A stretch of DNA of 64,000 nt from Candidatus Daviesbacteria bacterium RIFCSPLOWO2_01_FULL_39_23 (GCA_001776935.1 MFDN01000001.1:165449-229448); one strand, 5' to 3'; counted from the stretch's first letter, positions 38,681-49,893 are shown. Program-made: numbers and translations. The notes: generated from the letters alone by a model not told the origin.

Positions 38681-40093
38681 ATGAAAAAGATACCTCAAGT
38701 TTCAATTATAATCGTTAATTATAATGGCAAACACTTCCTGAAAGAGTGTTTAAGCTCGGTTTTTAACATAGACTTTCCTAAAAGCCAGTATGAAATTATT
38801 ATGGTTGATAATGATTCAAAGGATGACTCTGTAGATTACGTGCTCAAGAATTTTTCTGAGGTAAAGGTAGTACAAAGTATTAGTAATTTAGGATTTGCGG
38901 AAGGATGTAATTTAGGAGTTAAAAATGCTTTAGGCAATTTTGTTGTTTTTTTGAACACAGATACAAAAGTAGAAAGGAATTGGTTAAAAGCATTGGTTAA
39001 AAGCATAAAATCAGATAAGGGCATTGGAGCTGTTAATTCAAAACTGCTTCTGTATAATCCATTCTTCGAGTTATTGATTCATTCAGATATTTTTATGAGA
39101 TCTGATTTTTCTGACAGTGTTAATTTCCAGTCAGTAGGTGTCTTGGTTGAGAGTGTAATTATTGACGATGATAATTTGCAACCTTTGGTTAGGTATGAAA
39201 AGGGATTTTATGAAAATGAATATGGAATTATTCCTGTCAGATGGACAAAAGGTGATGCGAGTATTCTTATTCCGGTAGACCCCCGTAAGAATACCATAGG
39301 AATGACTGTTACTATCAGATCGGGAAAATCAATATCAGGGCTGGAAACACAAATCGCTTTAAAGCTCGGAGAGAAAGATTTGATAGTGGATAAATTAAAA
39401 TCATACGAAGTAAAACAATACAAAATTTCACTGGAAACAAAAGAGCTAAGGAAATATCTGTTGTATGCTGTACAAAATTCAGGTGTTGTTGTCTTTAAGA
39501 ATGGGTATGGGCGTGACCGTGGAGCAGTTGTACGGGGAACAACTCAATTTTACGAAATAGACAATCCCTTTTTTAGCCAAAAAGCGGAAATCCATGCTTT
39601 TACAGGTGCAAGTGTGATTATCAGAAAAGAAATTTTTGAAAAGTTAGGGGGATTTGATGATAAATACTTTATGTATTATGAGGATGTTGATTTAGGTTTA
39701 AGGATGCAGAGGCAAGGGTATAAAATTGTCTATGAACCAGAATCAGTGGTTTATCATATTCATAGCGGTTCAAGTAAAGAATGGTCGCGGTTTTTTACCT
39801 ACCATGTTGAAAAAAACCATCTGGCGACCCTTGTTAAACATTTTCCTGTTAATACTATACTTACAGGTTTTACAAGATATATTGGTATGCTGATTATATC
39901 AAGCTTAAAAATGATTAAATGGAGGGCAAGTGAGCATTGGGAGCTGTACGACCAATGGAGGGAAAAAGTGGAAATTAGAATATCTGTACTAATGTGGATA
40001 TTCCAGCATTTTATTTACTTTGCAATAAAAAGGATGCAAATTAATATGAGCCAGAAAAAGAGCATGGCGGAGATAATCAAAAAATTATATTAA
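38681..40093 (+). CDS. GT2-family glycosyltransferase with an extended central and C-terminal region.
   Basis: VSIIIVNYNGKHFLKECLSSV...MVDNDSKDDS is GT2, with a DTD (DxD) segment in FLNTDTKV. 470 aa, carrying an insertion of about 150 aa. Confidence 0.75.
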   Translation: MKKIPQVSIIIVNYNGKHFLKECLSSVFNIDFPKSQYEIIMVDNDSKDDSVDYVLKNFSEVKVVQSISNLGFAEGCNLGVKNALGNFVVFLNTDTKVERNWLKALVKSIKSDKGIGAVNSKLLLYNPFFELLIHSDIFMRSDFSDSVNFQSVGVLVESVIIDDDNLQPLVRYEKGFYENEYGIIPVRWTKGDASILIPVDPRKNTIGMTVTIRSGKSISGLETQIALKLGEKDLIVDKLKSYEVKQYKISLETKELRKYLLYAVQNSGVVVFKNGYGRDRGAVVRGTTQFYEIDNPFFSQKAEIHAFTGASVIIRKEIFEKLGGFDDKYFMYYEDVDLGLRMQRQGYKIVYEPESVVYHIHSGSSKEWSRFFTYHVEKNHLATLVKHFPVNTILTGFTRYIGMLIISSLKMIKWRASEHWELYDQWREKVEIRISVLMWIFQHFIYFAIKRMQINMSQKKSMAEIIKKLY

Positions 40094-40094
40094 A

Positions 40095-41627
40095 ATGAAA
40101 AAAGCCGGTGTTTATGACCGTTGGTTATATGTGCTTGGAGGCGGAGAGCAGGTAGCTTTTGCATACGCAGAAGCTTTGCGTGACCTTGGGTACCAAACAG
40201 ATTTAATTACTCACAGAAAAGTGGATATTGAAGCTGCTAAAGCTAAAATGGATTTAAATCTTAAGGGGATTAATTTAAAGTATATTCCCAATATGGTAGA
40301 TTCACAGTTAGGACAGCATACGGAACAATATGATATTTTTGTCTCGAATTCATACCTGGATTATATCCCTAATAGAAGTAAATATGGGATTTTATCAGTA
40401 TTTTTCCCTTCAAGAATTAACATTTCATTGTATGAATATTTAAAAAGGGCTCATATTGTTCCTTCGCTCAAGAATTTTTTTATATATCCTTCCCGTTTTG
40501 AGGGTTTCCGTTACGATGAGTGTGTTAAGGGTACGATTTATAAATGGTTGGATAAAGAATCGGTGATAACTTTTAATAAACACATTGGTAGGTTCAAAAT
40601 TGAATTATTTTTTGACTACCTATTTTTTTCCTGTATAGATGGCATCACTTTTCTTTTAAACGGCAGTCCAATTAAGCCTAAAGGCCGAACATTAAATATT
40701 TTTGAGAATACAGCAGTTTATTCATTTGAAATACCCAAAAAAACAAAAGGGTTTAATTTAACTATAAAATTACCTGAAGGCAATACTTGTGCTGTAGCTG
40801 TGATAGGGATTTTGATACCTAATTACCGATATTTTCTCTACAACCTCTTTAAAACTTTTTTTCCGAGACTGGAGATGAGGTTGCATGGGGGACCTTCTAT
40901 GACCAGGTTTTCCGATATAGAAACTTATAATAAGGTGATTACTATCTCTGAGTTTTCCAGGTATTGGGTCAAACGATATTGGGGATTATCCAGTGAGGTG
41001 CTTTATCCTCCTGCCTCCATTAATAAATTCCAACCCAGTAAAAACAAAAAAAATATTATCGTCAATATAGGCAGGTTCTTTGTTACAGGGCACTGTAAAA
41101 AACAGCTTGATATGGTACGCGTTTTTAAGAAGTTGGCGGATAAAGGCTTTTCGGATTGGGAGCTGCATTTTATAGGGAGCGTTGCCGAAGGAGAAGCTCA
41201 CCAGCGTTACTTTAGGACAGTTCAGGAAGAATCGCAAGGATACCCTGTTTTTTTTCATATAAATATCCCTTTTAATCAATTAAAAGAAATTCTTTCTGTG
41301 GCAAAAATTTATTGGCATGCAACCGGGCTGGATGAAGATTCTAATAGAACTCCTATCAGGATGGAGCATTTCGGCATAACTACTGTTGAGGCAATGGCTT
41401 CCGGCTGTGTGCCTGTAGTTATAAATAAAGGGGGACAATCAGAAATTGTTACTGAAGATTCAGGATTTCTTTGGAACAGCAGAGACGAACTGCTTGAGTT
41501 TACAATAAAATTAATTAAAAATTCAAGCTTGTTAAGAAAAAAAAGTCAGGGAGCATTAGAAAGAAGTAAATTTTTTAGCAAAGAAAATTTTAAGGGGGAG
41601 TTACAAAAATATTTACCTAAAGATTAG
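40095..41627 (+). CDS. GT4-family (GT-B) glycosyltransferase.
   Basis: C-terminal Glycos_transf_1 region with the E-x7-E motif (EHFGITTVEAMASGCVPVV). Confidence 0.75.
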   Translation: MKKAGVYDRWLYVLGGGEQVAFAYAEALRDLGYQTDLITHRKVDIEAAKAKMDLNLKGINLKYIPNMVDSQLGQHTEQYDIFVSNSYLDYIPNRSKYGILSVFFPSRINISLYEYLKRAHIVPSLKNFFIYPSRFEGFRYDECVKGTIYKWLDKESVITFNKHIGRFKIELFFDYLFFSCIDGITFLLNGSPIKPKGRTLNIFENTAVYSFEIPKKTKGFNLTIKLPEGNTCAVAVIGILIPNYRYFLYNLFKTFFPRLEMRLHGGPSMTRFSDIETYNKVITISEFSRYWVKRYWGLSSEVLYPPASINKFQPSKNKKNIIVNIGRFFVTGHCKKQLDMVRVFKKLADKGFSDWELHFIGSVAEGEAHQRYFRTVQEESQGYPVFFHINIPFNQLKEILSVAKIYWHATGLDEDSNRTPIRMEHFGITTVEAMASGCVPVVINKGGQSEIVTEDSGFLWNSRDELLEFTIKLIKNSSLLRKKSQGALERSKFFSKENFKGELQKYLPKD

Positions 41628-41638
41628 GAGAATATCGG

Positions 41639-43354
41639 TCAATCCCTCTTGATATAAAAAAGATTCCCGTTAATTTTTTCAACATCTTTTTCGTTTGCAA
41701 AGAGAGTAACAAACCCTACAATTTGAGGCTTAAGCTCTTTAATAAAATAATATTGATTAAATTTTACTATATCAATTTTTCTCTGTCTAAGTTCATCTGT
41801 AAATTCTGCAATTTGTTGGTTTTCTATATATTTATTGATCGTATTAGCTAAAGAAAGGTTTTCCGGTAAGTCATAACCGCTGTAACCGTTAACCAAATAA
41901 CAGCCATGATATGTTGATGATAGTTCTGTGACAGTGATGTATCTTAGCCCTTCAATTACATTAGGGTATGCATCAAGGTGAGTAAGAGGCAGTTCCAGAA
42001 GCACTTTCTTTTTTTGAGAGCATGTGTTTCTTAGAAGTTCATAATCATTGTTAATATAAGAGTCTTTTACGGTTTTGATATTGAGTGGTAGATATTCTAA
42101 AATGAAAAGTATAGACACAGAAAATAAAAGTAATCTACCATAGGGTTTTTGTCCCAGTTTATTGAGAGATATTAAAGAAAAATAGGTAAAACCAAGAAAG
42201 AAAAGGAAACTCCAGCGGCTGAGCACTCTTGTTGCTTCTGCAACTGGAATAAATTCAAGTACAGCGCTATAAGGAAGAGGAATATGAGCATAATTTCCAT
42301 TAAATTTTAATCTTGGTCCTAAAGAAAATAAAAAGCCTGCAATAATTAATATAAGAAAAAATGCTTTTTCCCGAGTAAGCTCCAAACTTATGGTGGTAAG
42401 GCTTTTACTCTTTGAGATTTTAAATAAAGCAAATATAGCTAAAATGAATATTAGAAAACCCGGAAATGAGGAATGAGTACCAGAGTTTTTATCTAACCTA
42501 TTCCATTTTTGCATAAGAGATGAGTTGTGAACAAAGGAATTTATAGGCGACGTAAATATGTAATCACTTAAGTTAGCAGAGTAGGTAATATATTCTTTAA
42601 TATCACGCTTAATGTTATAGAATTTTTTCATGTCCGCATAACCTTTAATGAATATTCCTCCGGTGATTAGGAAAACAAAAAAAATAATAAAAAGTTTAGA
42701 AAGTATTGGTTTGAATTGTTTGTTCGACAGGTACTTTAAAAGATAGAAGATCAAAAGAGAAAAAATTAAATATACAGATAAATATACACTCGCAAGGAAT
42801 TGAATTGTTAAAAGTAGTCCGGCAGAGATGAGGTTTTTTGTTTGACGTTTTTCTTCATTTCTAAAGACAAAATAAAGTGTAAAGAAGAAAGGCCAATACG
42901 ATATCATCTGGAAGTGAGATAACTCCATTTGAAAAAAGGGTGAAAAAATGACGAATATGCTGCCAAAAAAAGCAATTGAATCTTTTTTAAAAAGTTGCTT
43001 CCAAAATAAAAATAGTGAAATATAATTAAGAATAAAACTAATGATAAATACCAAATTAAAGCTTAAGATTATATTTTTTGTTAAATATAAAATTGGCCAT
43101 AATACTAAAGACTGAGGTAGTAAGAGATCGCTAAAAAGGAGTGTTAATCTATGGGGATAGAATGCGTTTGTTTCAAAGAAGTTAGCAAAATCCAACGTAT
43201 TTACATGCGTAATATTTTGGAATATTGTCCAGATAATGAAAGGATAATCCCGCCAGTCTAATAGATTGGTTGATAAGTTTAAAACTAAGTCTTTGAAAAC
43301 GAAGAGCAGAACCAGTAGAAATAAAATGAAATAGAAAGCATTTTTTTTTGACAT
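41639..43354 (-). CDS. Polytopic membrane protein with a C-terminal soluble domain, GT-C-like putative glycosyltransferase.
   Basis: 571 aa. More than 10 TM helices are followed by a soluble C-terminal tail of about 170 aa. Confidence 0.4.
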   Translation of the reverse strand: MSKKNAFYFILFLLVLLFVFKDLVLNLSTNLLDWRDYPFIIWTIFQNITHVNTLDFANFFETNAFYPHRLTLLFSDLLLPQSLVLWPILYLTKNIILSFNLVFIISFILNYISLFLFWKQLFKKDSIAFFGSIFVIFSPFFQMELSHFQMISYWPFFFTLYFVFRNEEKRQTKNLISAGLLLTIQFLASVYLSVYLIFSLLIFYLLKYLSNKQFKPILSKLFIIFFVFLITGGIFIKGYADMKKFYNIKRDIKEYITYSANLSDYIFTSPINSFVHNSSLMQKWNRLDKNSGTHSSFPGFLIFILAIFALFKISKSKSLTTISLELTREKAFFLILIIAGFLFSLGPRLKFNGNYAHIPLPYSAVLEFIPVAEATRVLSRWSFLFFLGFTYFSLISLNKLGQKPYGRLLLFSVSILFILEYLPLNIKTVKDSYINNDYELLRNTCSQKKKVLLELPLTHLDAYPNVIEGLRYITVTELSSTYHGCYLVNGYSGYDLPENLSLANTINKYIENQQIAEFTDELRQRKIDIVKFNQYYFIKELKPQIVGFVTLFANEKDVEKINGNLFYIKRD

Positions 43355-43373
43355 CTAAATTTCAATATAAAAA

Positions 43374-44105
43374 CTAGCTTCTAAGTAAATTAAACTTAAA
43401 TATTTCCCAGAGAGCTTTTGCACCATCTTTCCAACTGATTTTTTTACCTTCGGCATAAGTTCTGCCTGAATAGGAAATACCTACTTCGTAAATCTTGAGC
43501 CCTTTAATTTTTGCAACTCTTGCTGTTATTTCCGGTTCAAACCCAAATCTTTTGCTTTCTAATTTTGGTGCAATAGTCCGAATGACCTCACCTTTAAAAG
43601 CTTTGTATCCGGTTTCCATATCTGACAAATTTAGATTTGTGAGCATATTGGAATAGGTGGTAAGAAATATATTCATTACAGAATGCCAAAAATATAAAAC
43701 TCTATGAGGTCGGTTAGAGATGAACCTGGAGCCATAAACAACGTCAGCATCATTTTTTGAAAAAGGCTCAAGAAGAATAGAGTAATCGTCAGGGTTATAT
43801 TCCAAGTCAGCATCCTGAACTAATACAATGTTTCCGGTCGAAAGTTGAAATCCGTCTTTTAGGGCGGCTCCTTTTCCTGCGTTTACTTTTTTAAAGTAAG
43901 TTTTAAAAATAATATTTTTGTATTTAGACTTAAGACTAAGAATGCTTTTTTCAATAGATTGCCGGGTGTTGTCTTTGGATCCATCGTCTACGATAATAAT
44001 CTCTTTATCAAAAGAAGGCGTGGTAGACTTGCAAACAGCCAATAATGTTTTTTCGATAAAATCCTCCTCGTTAAAAATTGGAATAACGATCGATAATGTC
44101 TTCAT
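43374..44105 (-). CDS. GT2 polyprenyl-phosphate sugar synthase, soluble DPM1/Ppm1-like.
   Basis: LSIVIPIFNEEDFI, VDDGSKDNT, and a DADLEYNPDD (DxD) motif. 243 aa with no TM tail. Confidence 0.75.
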   Translation of the reverse strand: MKTLSIVIPIFNEEDFIEKTLLAVCKSTTPSFDKEIIIVDDGSKDNTRQSIEKSILSLKSKYKNIIFKTYFKKVNAGKGAALKDGFQLSTGNIVLVQDADLEYNPDDYSILLEPFSKNDADVVYGSRFISNRPHRVLYFWHSVMNIFLTTYSNMLTNLNLSDMETGYKAFKGEVIRTIAPKLESKRFGFEPEITARVAKIKGLKIYEVGISYSGRTYAEGKKISWKDGAKALWEIFKFNLLRS

Positions 44106-44171
44106 CTAGTATAAAGTTATAACACAAATAGCTGTGTTTTAAAATACTTTACCAACTGTTATGATGTATCG

Positions 44172-45836
44172 GTGAGCATATTTAATTCAAAAAGAATTAC
44201 GATAATTTCCGGCATTTTTATTGCATTATTATATCTGCTGTTAATTTTTAAAGATCCTTTTTCTCAGAGAACCTTAATTCCGAATTTTGAACCACATCCT
44301 GATACCTTCCATTATATTAATCCTGCCCTTAATTTCACAAAAAGAGAGGGCTTTGTTATTGGCAGAGAGGGAAGAGTAATTAAGCCAAGCGTGCCGCCTT
44401 TTTATTCAATAAGTTTAATTCCTGTATTTCTTATTAAATCAGACCCCAGAATGTCTTACTATTCCAATACAGTTTTAGCACTAGTTTCTCTACTTTTCTT
44501 TTGGTTAATCCTAAAGAGAATATTTGTCAATAAATTAATCCTCTATTTGCTATTAATTCTTTATATTACAAATTACTTTATTTATTGGGTTCCAACACTT
44601 GTTATGGCAGAAAATCTTACATTAACTTTATATCTTGCTGCTATTTTCTTTCTCTTATCCAAAACAACGAAAGTAAATAATTTACTGATGGCTGTTCTGG
44701 TAGTGGGTCTCTATGCTACAAAATATGCCAATATTGCTACCAGCATTTCATTAATTTTTCTTTTTTTTGGGAAAGTTTTTTTTGGTAATTTAACAACAAA
44801 TCAAAAGATTAAACAGATGTTCTCAAATCTGATATTTTTAATCGTTTTCTTCCTTGCGTTGGGGATTTTTGAAGGATTTACTCAGGGAAATAATATCTTT
44901 TCTCAGATTTTGGGACATCTAGACTCGATTTATAAGAGCGTTCCCAAAAGTGATATACCATTGTCAAAAACAGCAGTTACTTCTTCCTGGTTTGGGGTTG
45001 GATATATCAGGGATAATCTGCCGTTATACATAAATTCATTATTGGGTATGCCAAATAAATTTTTATGGGATAATACACCAATAATTCCCAAGTTTATAGG
45101 AATAACCGGGGTTATCGGGATATTTGCCAGTATTACCCGAAAAAATTTTAGCATGTTTTCTTTAGCGCTTTTTCTTTCTGTTTTTTCCTCAGTTATATTT
45201 ATGTCCACATTTTATTCTTTTGATGCAAGGTATATCTATATAGCAATACCTGCATTGATTTTTGGTTTTGGACTTTTTTTAACATCTGTTGAAAACAGGA
45301 TATCTATGGAAAAGAAATTCATTTTTAAAAGTTTAATTTTTCTTTTTTTAATTTTCTACCTTGTAACTAACTTTGTGAGAATAAAAAGCCAGATTAGTTT
45401 AAACTTAAAGTATGCAGAGACTCCCTGGTACTATATTTCAATATTGAAATCAAATGAATATTTTACAAAAGACACGGTAATAAACGGCAAAAAGCCAATC
45501 CTAATCTCTGCTCTGCCGCCGTATTTGGTAGATTATTATACTAACGGTAATTACACGCTGTTGCCGCTATCTTATGGGCAGGAATTTAGAGATTTGGAAC
45601 TCCGCCAGCTAGTTTGGGGACCAAATGATTATTCGAATTTGCCAAAATTATATAAGAAATACCTTAGTGAGGGGTATAGTGTATATGTTTCCAGAGCGGG
45701 CCTGGGGAACGAGGGGTATACGAACAGGGATTTTAATAAAATAGTGGAAGAATTTAATACAGATCTTGTCTTATCAGGTTGTTTTGATCAATGTAATATA
45801 TATTCCGTGAAACTAAAAGAAAAAGATGGCCAGTAG
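44172..45836 (+). CDS. Polytopic membrane protein with a long first extracytoplasmic loop and a C-terminal soluble domain, GT-C-like.
   Basis: 554 aa. An N-terminal TM helix is followed by a first loop of about 50 aa and then multiple TM helices. The C-terminal tail of about 150 aa is soluble. Confidence 0.45.
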   Translation: MSIFNSKRITIISGIFIALLYLLLIFKDPFSQRTLIPNFEPHPDTFHYINPALNFTKREGFVIGREGRVIKPSVPPFYSISLIPVFLIKSDPRMSYYSNTVLALVSLLFFWLILKRIFVNKLILYLLLILYITNYFIYWVPTLVMAENLTLTLYLAAIFFLLSKTTKVNNLLMAVLVVGLYATKYANIATSISLIFLFFGKVFFGNLTTNQKIKQMFSNLIFLIVFFLALGIFEGFTQGNNIFSQILGHLDSIYKSVPKSDIPLSKTAVTSSWFGVGYIRDNLPLYINSLLGMPNKFLWDNTPIIPKFIGITGVIGIFASITRKNFSMFSLALFLSVFSSVIFMSTFYSFDARYIYIAIPALIFGFGLFLTSVENRISMEKKFIFKSLIFLFLIFYLVTNFVRIKSQISLNLKYAETPWYYISILKSNEYFTKDTVINGKKPILISALPPYLVDYYTNGNYTLLPLSYGQEFRDLELRQLVWGPNDYSNLPKLYKKYLSEGYSVYVSRAGLGNEGYTNRDFNKIVEEFNTDLVLSGCFDQCNIYSVKLKEKDGQ

Positions 45837-46977
45837 GTTTTTGAGGCGATTTGATTTAATGGGTATTTTTATTCTATGGCGTTTACTGCTTTTTATTCCG
45901 CTGGTAGCCGCGGCGTATTTGATTCCTCTTAATCCTCCAGTTCCAGTTTCTTATGTATATAATTTTAAAAACTTTGGCTTATCTTTTAATTCGGTTTTTC
46001 TATTTCCATGGGCTAATTTTGACGGCATTCATTATTTTAATATTGCCGAATTCGGATATACAAATCAGGCAAGGTTTTTTCCGCTATTTCCAATCCTAAT
46101 CAAGCTATTGAGCACCAACGTTATAGCAAGTCTTTTGTTAGTTAGCATATTGTTTTTATTAGCGTTATTCATTTTTAAAAGACTGATAGAAATTGATTTT
46201 CCTAAAAGTGTTTCAAAAAAAGTGTTAATACTTCTTTTAATATTCCCTACTTCCTTTTTCTTTGTCAGCATTTATTCAGAAGGACTATTTTTATTTTTAA
46301 CATTGCTTGTTTTTTATTTTGCCCGGAAGAAAATGTGGCTTTTTTCCATTTCTTGCGCATTGCTGCTTACGGCTACAAGGTTTGTAGGAATTGCAATTTT
46401 GCCGGCCCTGCTTTATGAGTATTTTGTAAGCGGAAAGATTGTTTTTACAAAAAAGAACATCTTTATGCTAATTAAGAAGCTTACGCCTTTTTTGATTGTC
46501 CCGGCAGGACTAATATTTTATTCGCTTTTTAATTTGTATGAATGGAATAATTTATTTTATTTTATTCAAGCGCAGGGCGAGCTGGGCAACAGCCGCTCTG
46601 TTTCGGGAATTGTACTTTTTCCTCAAACTGTTTTCAGGTATTTTAAAATTTTAACATCTGTGCCGGCAAACTCTTATGATTGGATGATTGCTCTGCTTGA
46701 GCTTATATCTTTTTTGTTTACAGCTTTTATGTTGTATTTTGCATGGAAGAAAAAACTGCGTAGAAGCTATTTGATATTTGCATTTATAAACTTTGCAATT
46801 ACCATATCAACAGGTACTTTTTCCGGTTTGCCACGGTATATTATTACAATATTTCCAATTTTTATGGCTCTTGCTTTGCTTAAAAATAAGATTTTAAAGC
46901 TAAGCTATATAATTATTTCGCCTATTTTGCTTTTTATATTGCTGATGCTATTTTCAAGAGGGTATTTTGTGGCATAA
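45826..46977 (+). CDS. Integral membrane protein, PIG-V/PimE-like (GT-C-related) mannosyltransferase-like.
   Basis: 383 aa, entirely polytopic. The segment WANFDGIHYFNIAEFGY...RFFPLFP resembles the PIG-V/GT87-type first-loop region. Assignment is tentative. Confidence 0.35.
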   Translation: MASRFLRRFDLMGIFILWRLLLFIPLVAAAYLIPLNPPVPVSYVYNFKNFGLSFNSVFLFPWANFDGIHYFNIAEFGYTNQARFFPLFPILIKLLSTNVIASLLLVSILFLLALFIFKRLIEIDFPKSVSKKVLILLLIFPTSFFFVSIYSEGLFLFLTLLVFYFARKKMWLFSISCALLLTATRFVGIAILPALLYEYFVSGKIVFTKKNIFMLIKKLTPFLIVPAGLIFYSLFNLYEWNNLFYFIQAQGELGNSRSVSGIVLFPQTVFRYFKILTSVPANSYDWMIALLELISFLFTAFMLYFAWKKKLRRSYLIFAFINFAITISTGTFSGLPRYIITIFPIFMALALLKNKILKLSYIIISPILLFILLMLFSRGYFVA

Positions 46978-48367
46978 ACTTAAATATATGATTTGGTTGA
47001 TACTATTTTTAGCATTGTTTTTTAGATTTATTAATTTAAATCAGAGTCTTTGGTGGGATGAGGCTATAAATGTTGTTTATGCTCAAACTTCAGATTTTTG
47101 GTGGTTTATTACAAAATATCCGGTTGGTGACTTTCATCCGCCCGGTTGGTTTGCCATTCTCTGGGTATGGGGACACCTTTTTGGCTTTTCAGAAATTATG
47201 GTCAGGATGCCATCGGTTATTTTGGGAGCAGCTACTGTGGGACTTACATTTCTTTTGGGGAAAGAACTTTTTAACAGAAGGGTAGGCTTTTTGTCAGCAT
47301 TCCTTTTGGCGATTGCCCCGCTTCATGTTTACTATTCACAGGAAGCAAGGATGTATGTGCTGGCTGCTTTTAGCGTAACGCTTTCCTTTTATTTTCTAAA
47401 TAGGCTTATTTTACAGAAAAAATGGGCAGGGTTGGGATTTATAGCTAGCCTTGTGTTGGTTCTATCTTCTGATTACCTGGCATATTTTGCCATACCGGCG
47501 CAGGTAATTTGTCTTGCCTGGGTTAACAAGCTGCGAAAAAACGTTTTGGTCAGCTTATTGGCTGCCGGCTTAATTTTTCTTCCTTGGTTTGCTATTTTCC
47601 CCAATCAGCTTAAAACAGGTATTAATGCTGCAATTAGTTTGCCCGGATGGGCAAATGTAGTTGGCAGCAACTTTAAAGATTTAATCCTCTTTCCTATAAA
47701 GACCTTTTATGGCCGGATTACTATTTCAAACGAGCTTCTTTACGCAGCAGCTGCAGGCATTGCCGGAATAATATTTGCTAGCATATTTTTTTATGGCCTT
47801 AAGAAGAGAGACGATGCAACAAAGCTTTTGATAAGCTGGATTTTTGTCCCTGCGATACTAGCCCTTTTGGTTTCTATTTTCATTCCGGTTTTGGCATATT
47901 TTAGAATGATCTTTATTCTGCCGGCATTTTATTTATTTTTAGCAAAGAGCTTAATAAGTTTGCCTAATAAGATTACTGTAGCAGCTACCACTTTAATCTG
48001 TTTAATTTCGTTTGCCTCATTATTTGGGTATTACATAAACCCAAAATTTCAAAGGGAAGATTGGAGAGGGGCAATCAGTTTTGTTTCAAAAGAGGTGGAT
48101 AGCCAGGCATTAGTTATTTTTGAGAATAATGAAATTCCTGCGCCTGTTAGATATTATGCCAATGATTTGTCCGGTTTTAAACCTGGGTTATCGGATAATT
48201 TAACCGGTGATTTGGCAGATAAAAATAAAGTCTACTTTTTTGAATATTTAGCAGATGTGTATGATCCTAAAAGAGGAGTTGAGCAAAAGATTAAAAGCCT
48301 TAATTTTACCGAGAAAGAAACTTATGATTTTGATGGAGTTGGATTTGTGAGATTCTATACTAGATAA
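46967..48367 (+). CDS. ArnT/PMT-family GT-C glycosyltransferase (GT39/GT83-like, polyprenyl-phosphate-sugar dependent).
   Basis: A first-loop acidic motif (LWWDEAINVVYAQT) lies in the position of the PMT/ArnT DE motif, followed by RMPSVILGAATVGLTFLLGKELF and HVYYSQEARMY. The TM core of about 330 aa plus a soluble tail of about 130 aa is the classic architecture. Confidence 0.7.
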   Translation: MWHKLKYMIWLILFLALFFRFINLNQSLWWDEAINVVYAQTSDFWWFITKYPVGDFHPPGWFAILWVWGHLFGFSEIMVRMPSVILGAATVGLTFLLGKELFNRRVGFLSAFLLAIAPLHVYYSQEARMYVLAAFSVTLSFYFLNRLILQKKWAGLGFIASLVLVLSSDYLAYFAIPAQVICLAWVNKLRKNVLVSLLAAGLIFLPWFAIFPNQLKTGINAAISLPGWANVVGSNFKDLILFPIKTFYGRITISNELLYAAAAGIAGIIFASIFFYGLKKRDDATKLLISWIFVPAILALLVSIFIPVLAYFRMIFILPAFYLFLAKSLISLPNKITVAATTLICLISFASLFGYYINPKFQREDWRGAISFVSKEVDSQALVIFENNEIPAPVRYYANDLSGFKPGLSDNLTGDLADKNKVYFFEYLADVYDPKRGVEQKIKSLNFTEKETYDFDGVGFVRFYTR

Positions 48368-48369
48368 AT

Positions 48370-49893
48370 ATGAATCTTTTTAAAAAGAAAATATTATTAC
48401 TTTTGCTGCCTATTTTCATCCTTGCTCTGGTGCTCCGATTTTTATATTATCCTCAAAATACCTACTTTGGTTTTGATCAGGCCAGGGATGTCTTTGCTGT
48501 AAGGGAAATTCTTTCAGGTAATTTAAAAATAGTAGGACCGCCTACAGCAAACGGCGTGCTTCATCATGGGGTTTTATACTATTATATTTTTGCTCCATTT
48601 TACTTTCTTTCGGGAGGAGATCCAACAGCTGCTTCGGTTTTTTTAAGAGTGCTAAATGCGTCCGGAATATTTCTAATATTTTTGGTTGTTGTTCCGCTTT
48701 TTGGCGCAAGAGCGGCTTTGTTTGCTGCTTTCCTTTTTGCTGTTTCGTATGAACAAACGCAATTTTCGCTTTTTCTTAACCATCCTGCGTTGGCCGTAAT
48801 TTCTGTTTTAATTTTTTATTTGGGGTTATCCTATTGGATTTTTAAGAAAAAGCTCCGGGGTCTTTATATTGCATTATTTGGGTTGGGCCTTTCCATTCAG
48901 TTTGAATTTGTGGAAACACAGCTTTTAGCGGTATTTGTTCTATTTATCCTGGTATTTAGAAAAACTCTCCCTAAATTAGATTTTAAAAGTATAGTTACAT
49001 CATCTCTAATGTTCCTTTTACCGGTATCTCCTTACCTTATATCAGAAATTAAAAATAGCTTTTTTACTATTTCAAAGCTGCCGGGTTTAATATTTAACCA
49101 ATCAGATGCAGGGTCCCCCGGTGCATCTTTTCCGTTCTTATTTATAATTAACCGTTATTTCATGGATAATTTGGCCGCAAATGAATCAGTGGCAGTTATT
49201 ATTCAGTTGATATTTTTGATTCTGTTAGTTCTTTTTATTCATAAACGGGAATACAGAATTCAGCTTACTTTTTTATGCCTTTGGTTTTTTGGGGGATTGT
49301 TGGTGTATTTTTTTACAAATAATGATGCTTATTTTTACAATACCGGTACATCAATTGCTTTAATAATATTTTCTGCATTTTTATTATCCTACTTATTTTC
49401 AAAAAATAAATTCTTAACATTTTCCATATTGGCATTAATATTTATTTCCAATATCTATTTAATAACTAAAAATAACCCATTGGGACCCAATCAAAAGATT
49501 AATCCCCAAATTGGATTATTGCTTAAAGATGAGCAGAAAGTTATAGATTTTATCTATCAGGACGCCCGGGGAGAAGTTTTTGCTGTGAATGCGCTTACTA
49601 TGCCTTACAATGTTAATACAACCTGGAGTTATCTTTTTGAATGGTATGGGAAGAAAAATTACGGGTATGTCCCTGTCTGGGGAGGGGATGCAGCAGATGG
49701 ATTTCCAGGCAATTTACAAGTTGAGAATGCAAGAAGCAGGTTGCCTATAAGGCGTTATTTGATTATTGAGCCACAGGAGGGAATTCCTTCTTATCTTGCA
49801 AAAGCATTTTTGTCGGGTGAAGAAAATTATACAGAAGTGACCGGTGAAAAAAAGATAGGAACGCTAAGGGTATTAATACAAAAGCCAAAATGA
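48370..49893 (+). CDS. GT-C-like membrane glycosyltransferase, paralog A (FGFDQARD first-loop motif).
   Basis: 507 aa. It shows collinear similarity to the next ORF: FGFDQARD vs FHTDIARD, and LKIVGPPTANGVLHHGVLYYY vs LTLLGPRSGAIPGLFHGPFWLY. Confidence 0.5.
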   Translation: MNLFKKKILLLLLPIFILALVLRFLYYPQNTYFGFDQARDVFAVREILSGNLKIVGPPTANGVLHHGVLYYYIFAPFYFLSGGDPTAASVFLRVLNASGIFLIFLVVVPLFGARAALFAAFLFAVSYEQTQFSLFLNHPALAVISVLIFYLGLSYWIFKKKLRGLYIALFGLGLSIQFEFVETQLLAVFVLFILVFRKTLPKLDFKSIVTSSLMFLLPVSPYLISEIKNSFFTISKLPGLIFNQSDAGSPGASFPFLFIINRYFMDNLAANESVAVIIQLIFLILLVLFIHKREYRIQLTFLCLWFFGGLLVYFFTNNDAYFYNTGTSIALIIFSAFLLSYLFSKNKFLTFSILALIFISNIYLITKNNPLGPNQKINPQIGLLLKDEQKVIDFIYQDARGEVFAVNALTMPYNVNTTWSYLFEWYGKKNYGYVPVWGGDAADGFPGNLQVENARSRLPIRRYLIIEPQEGIPSYLAKAFLSGEENYTEVTGEKKIGTLRVLIQKPK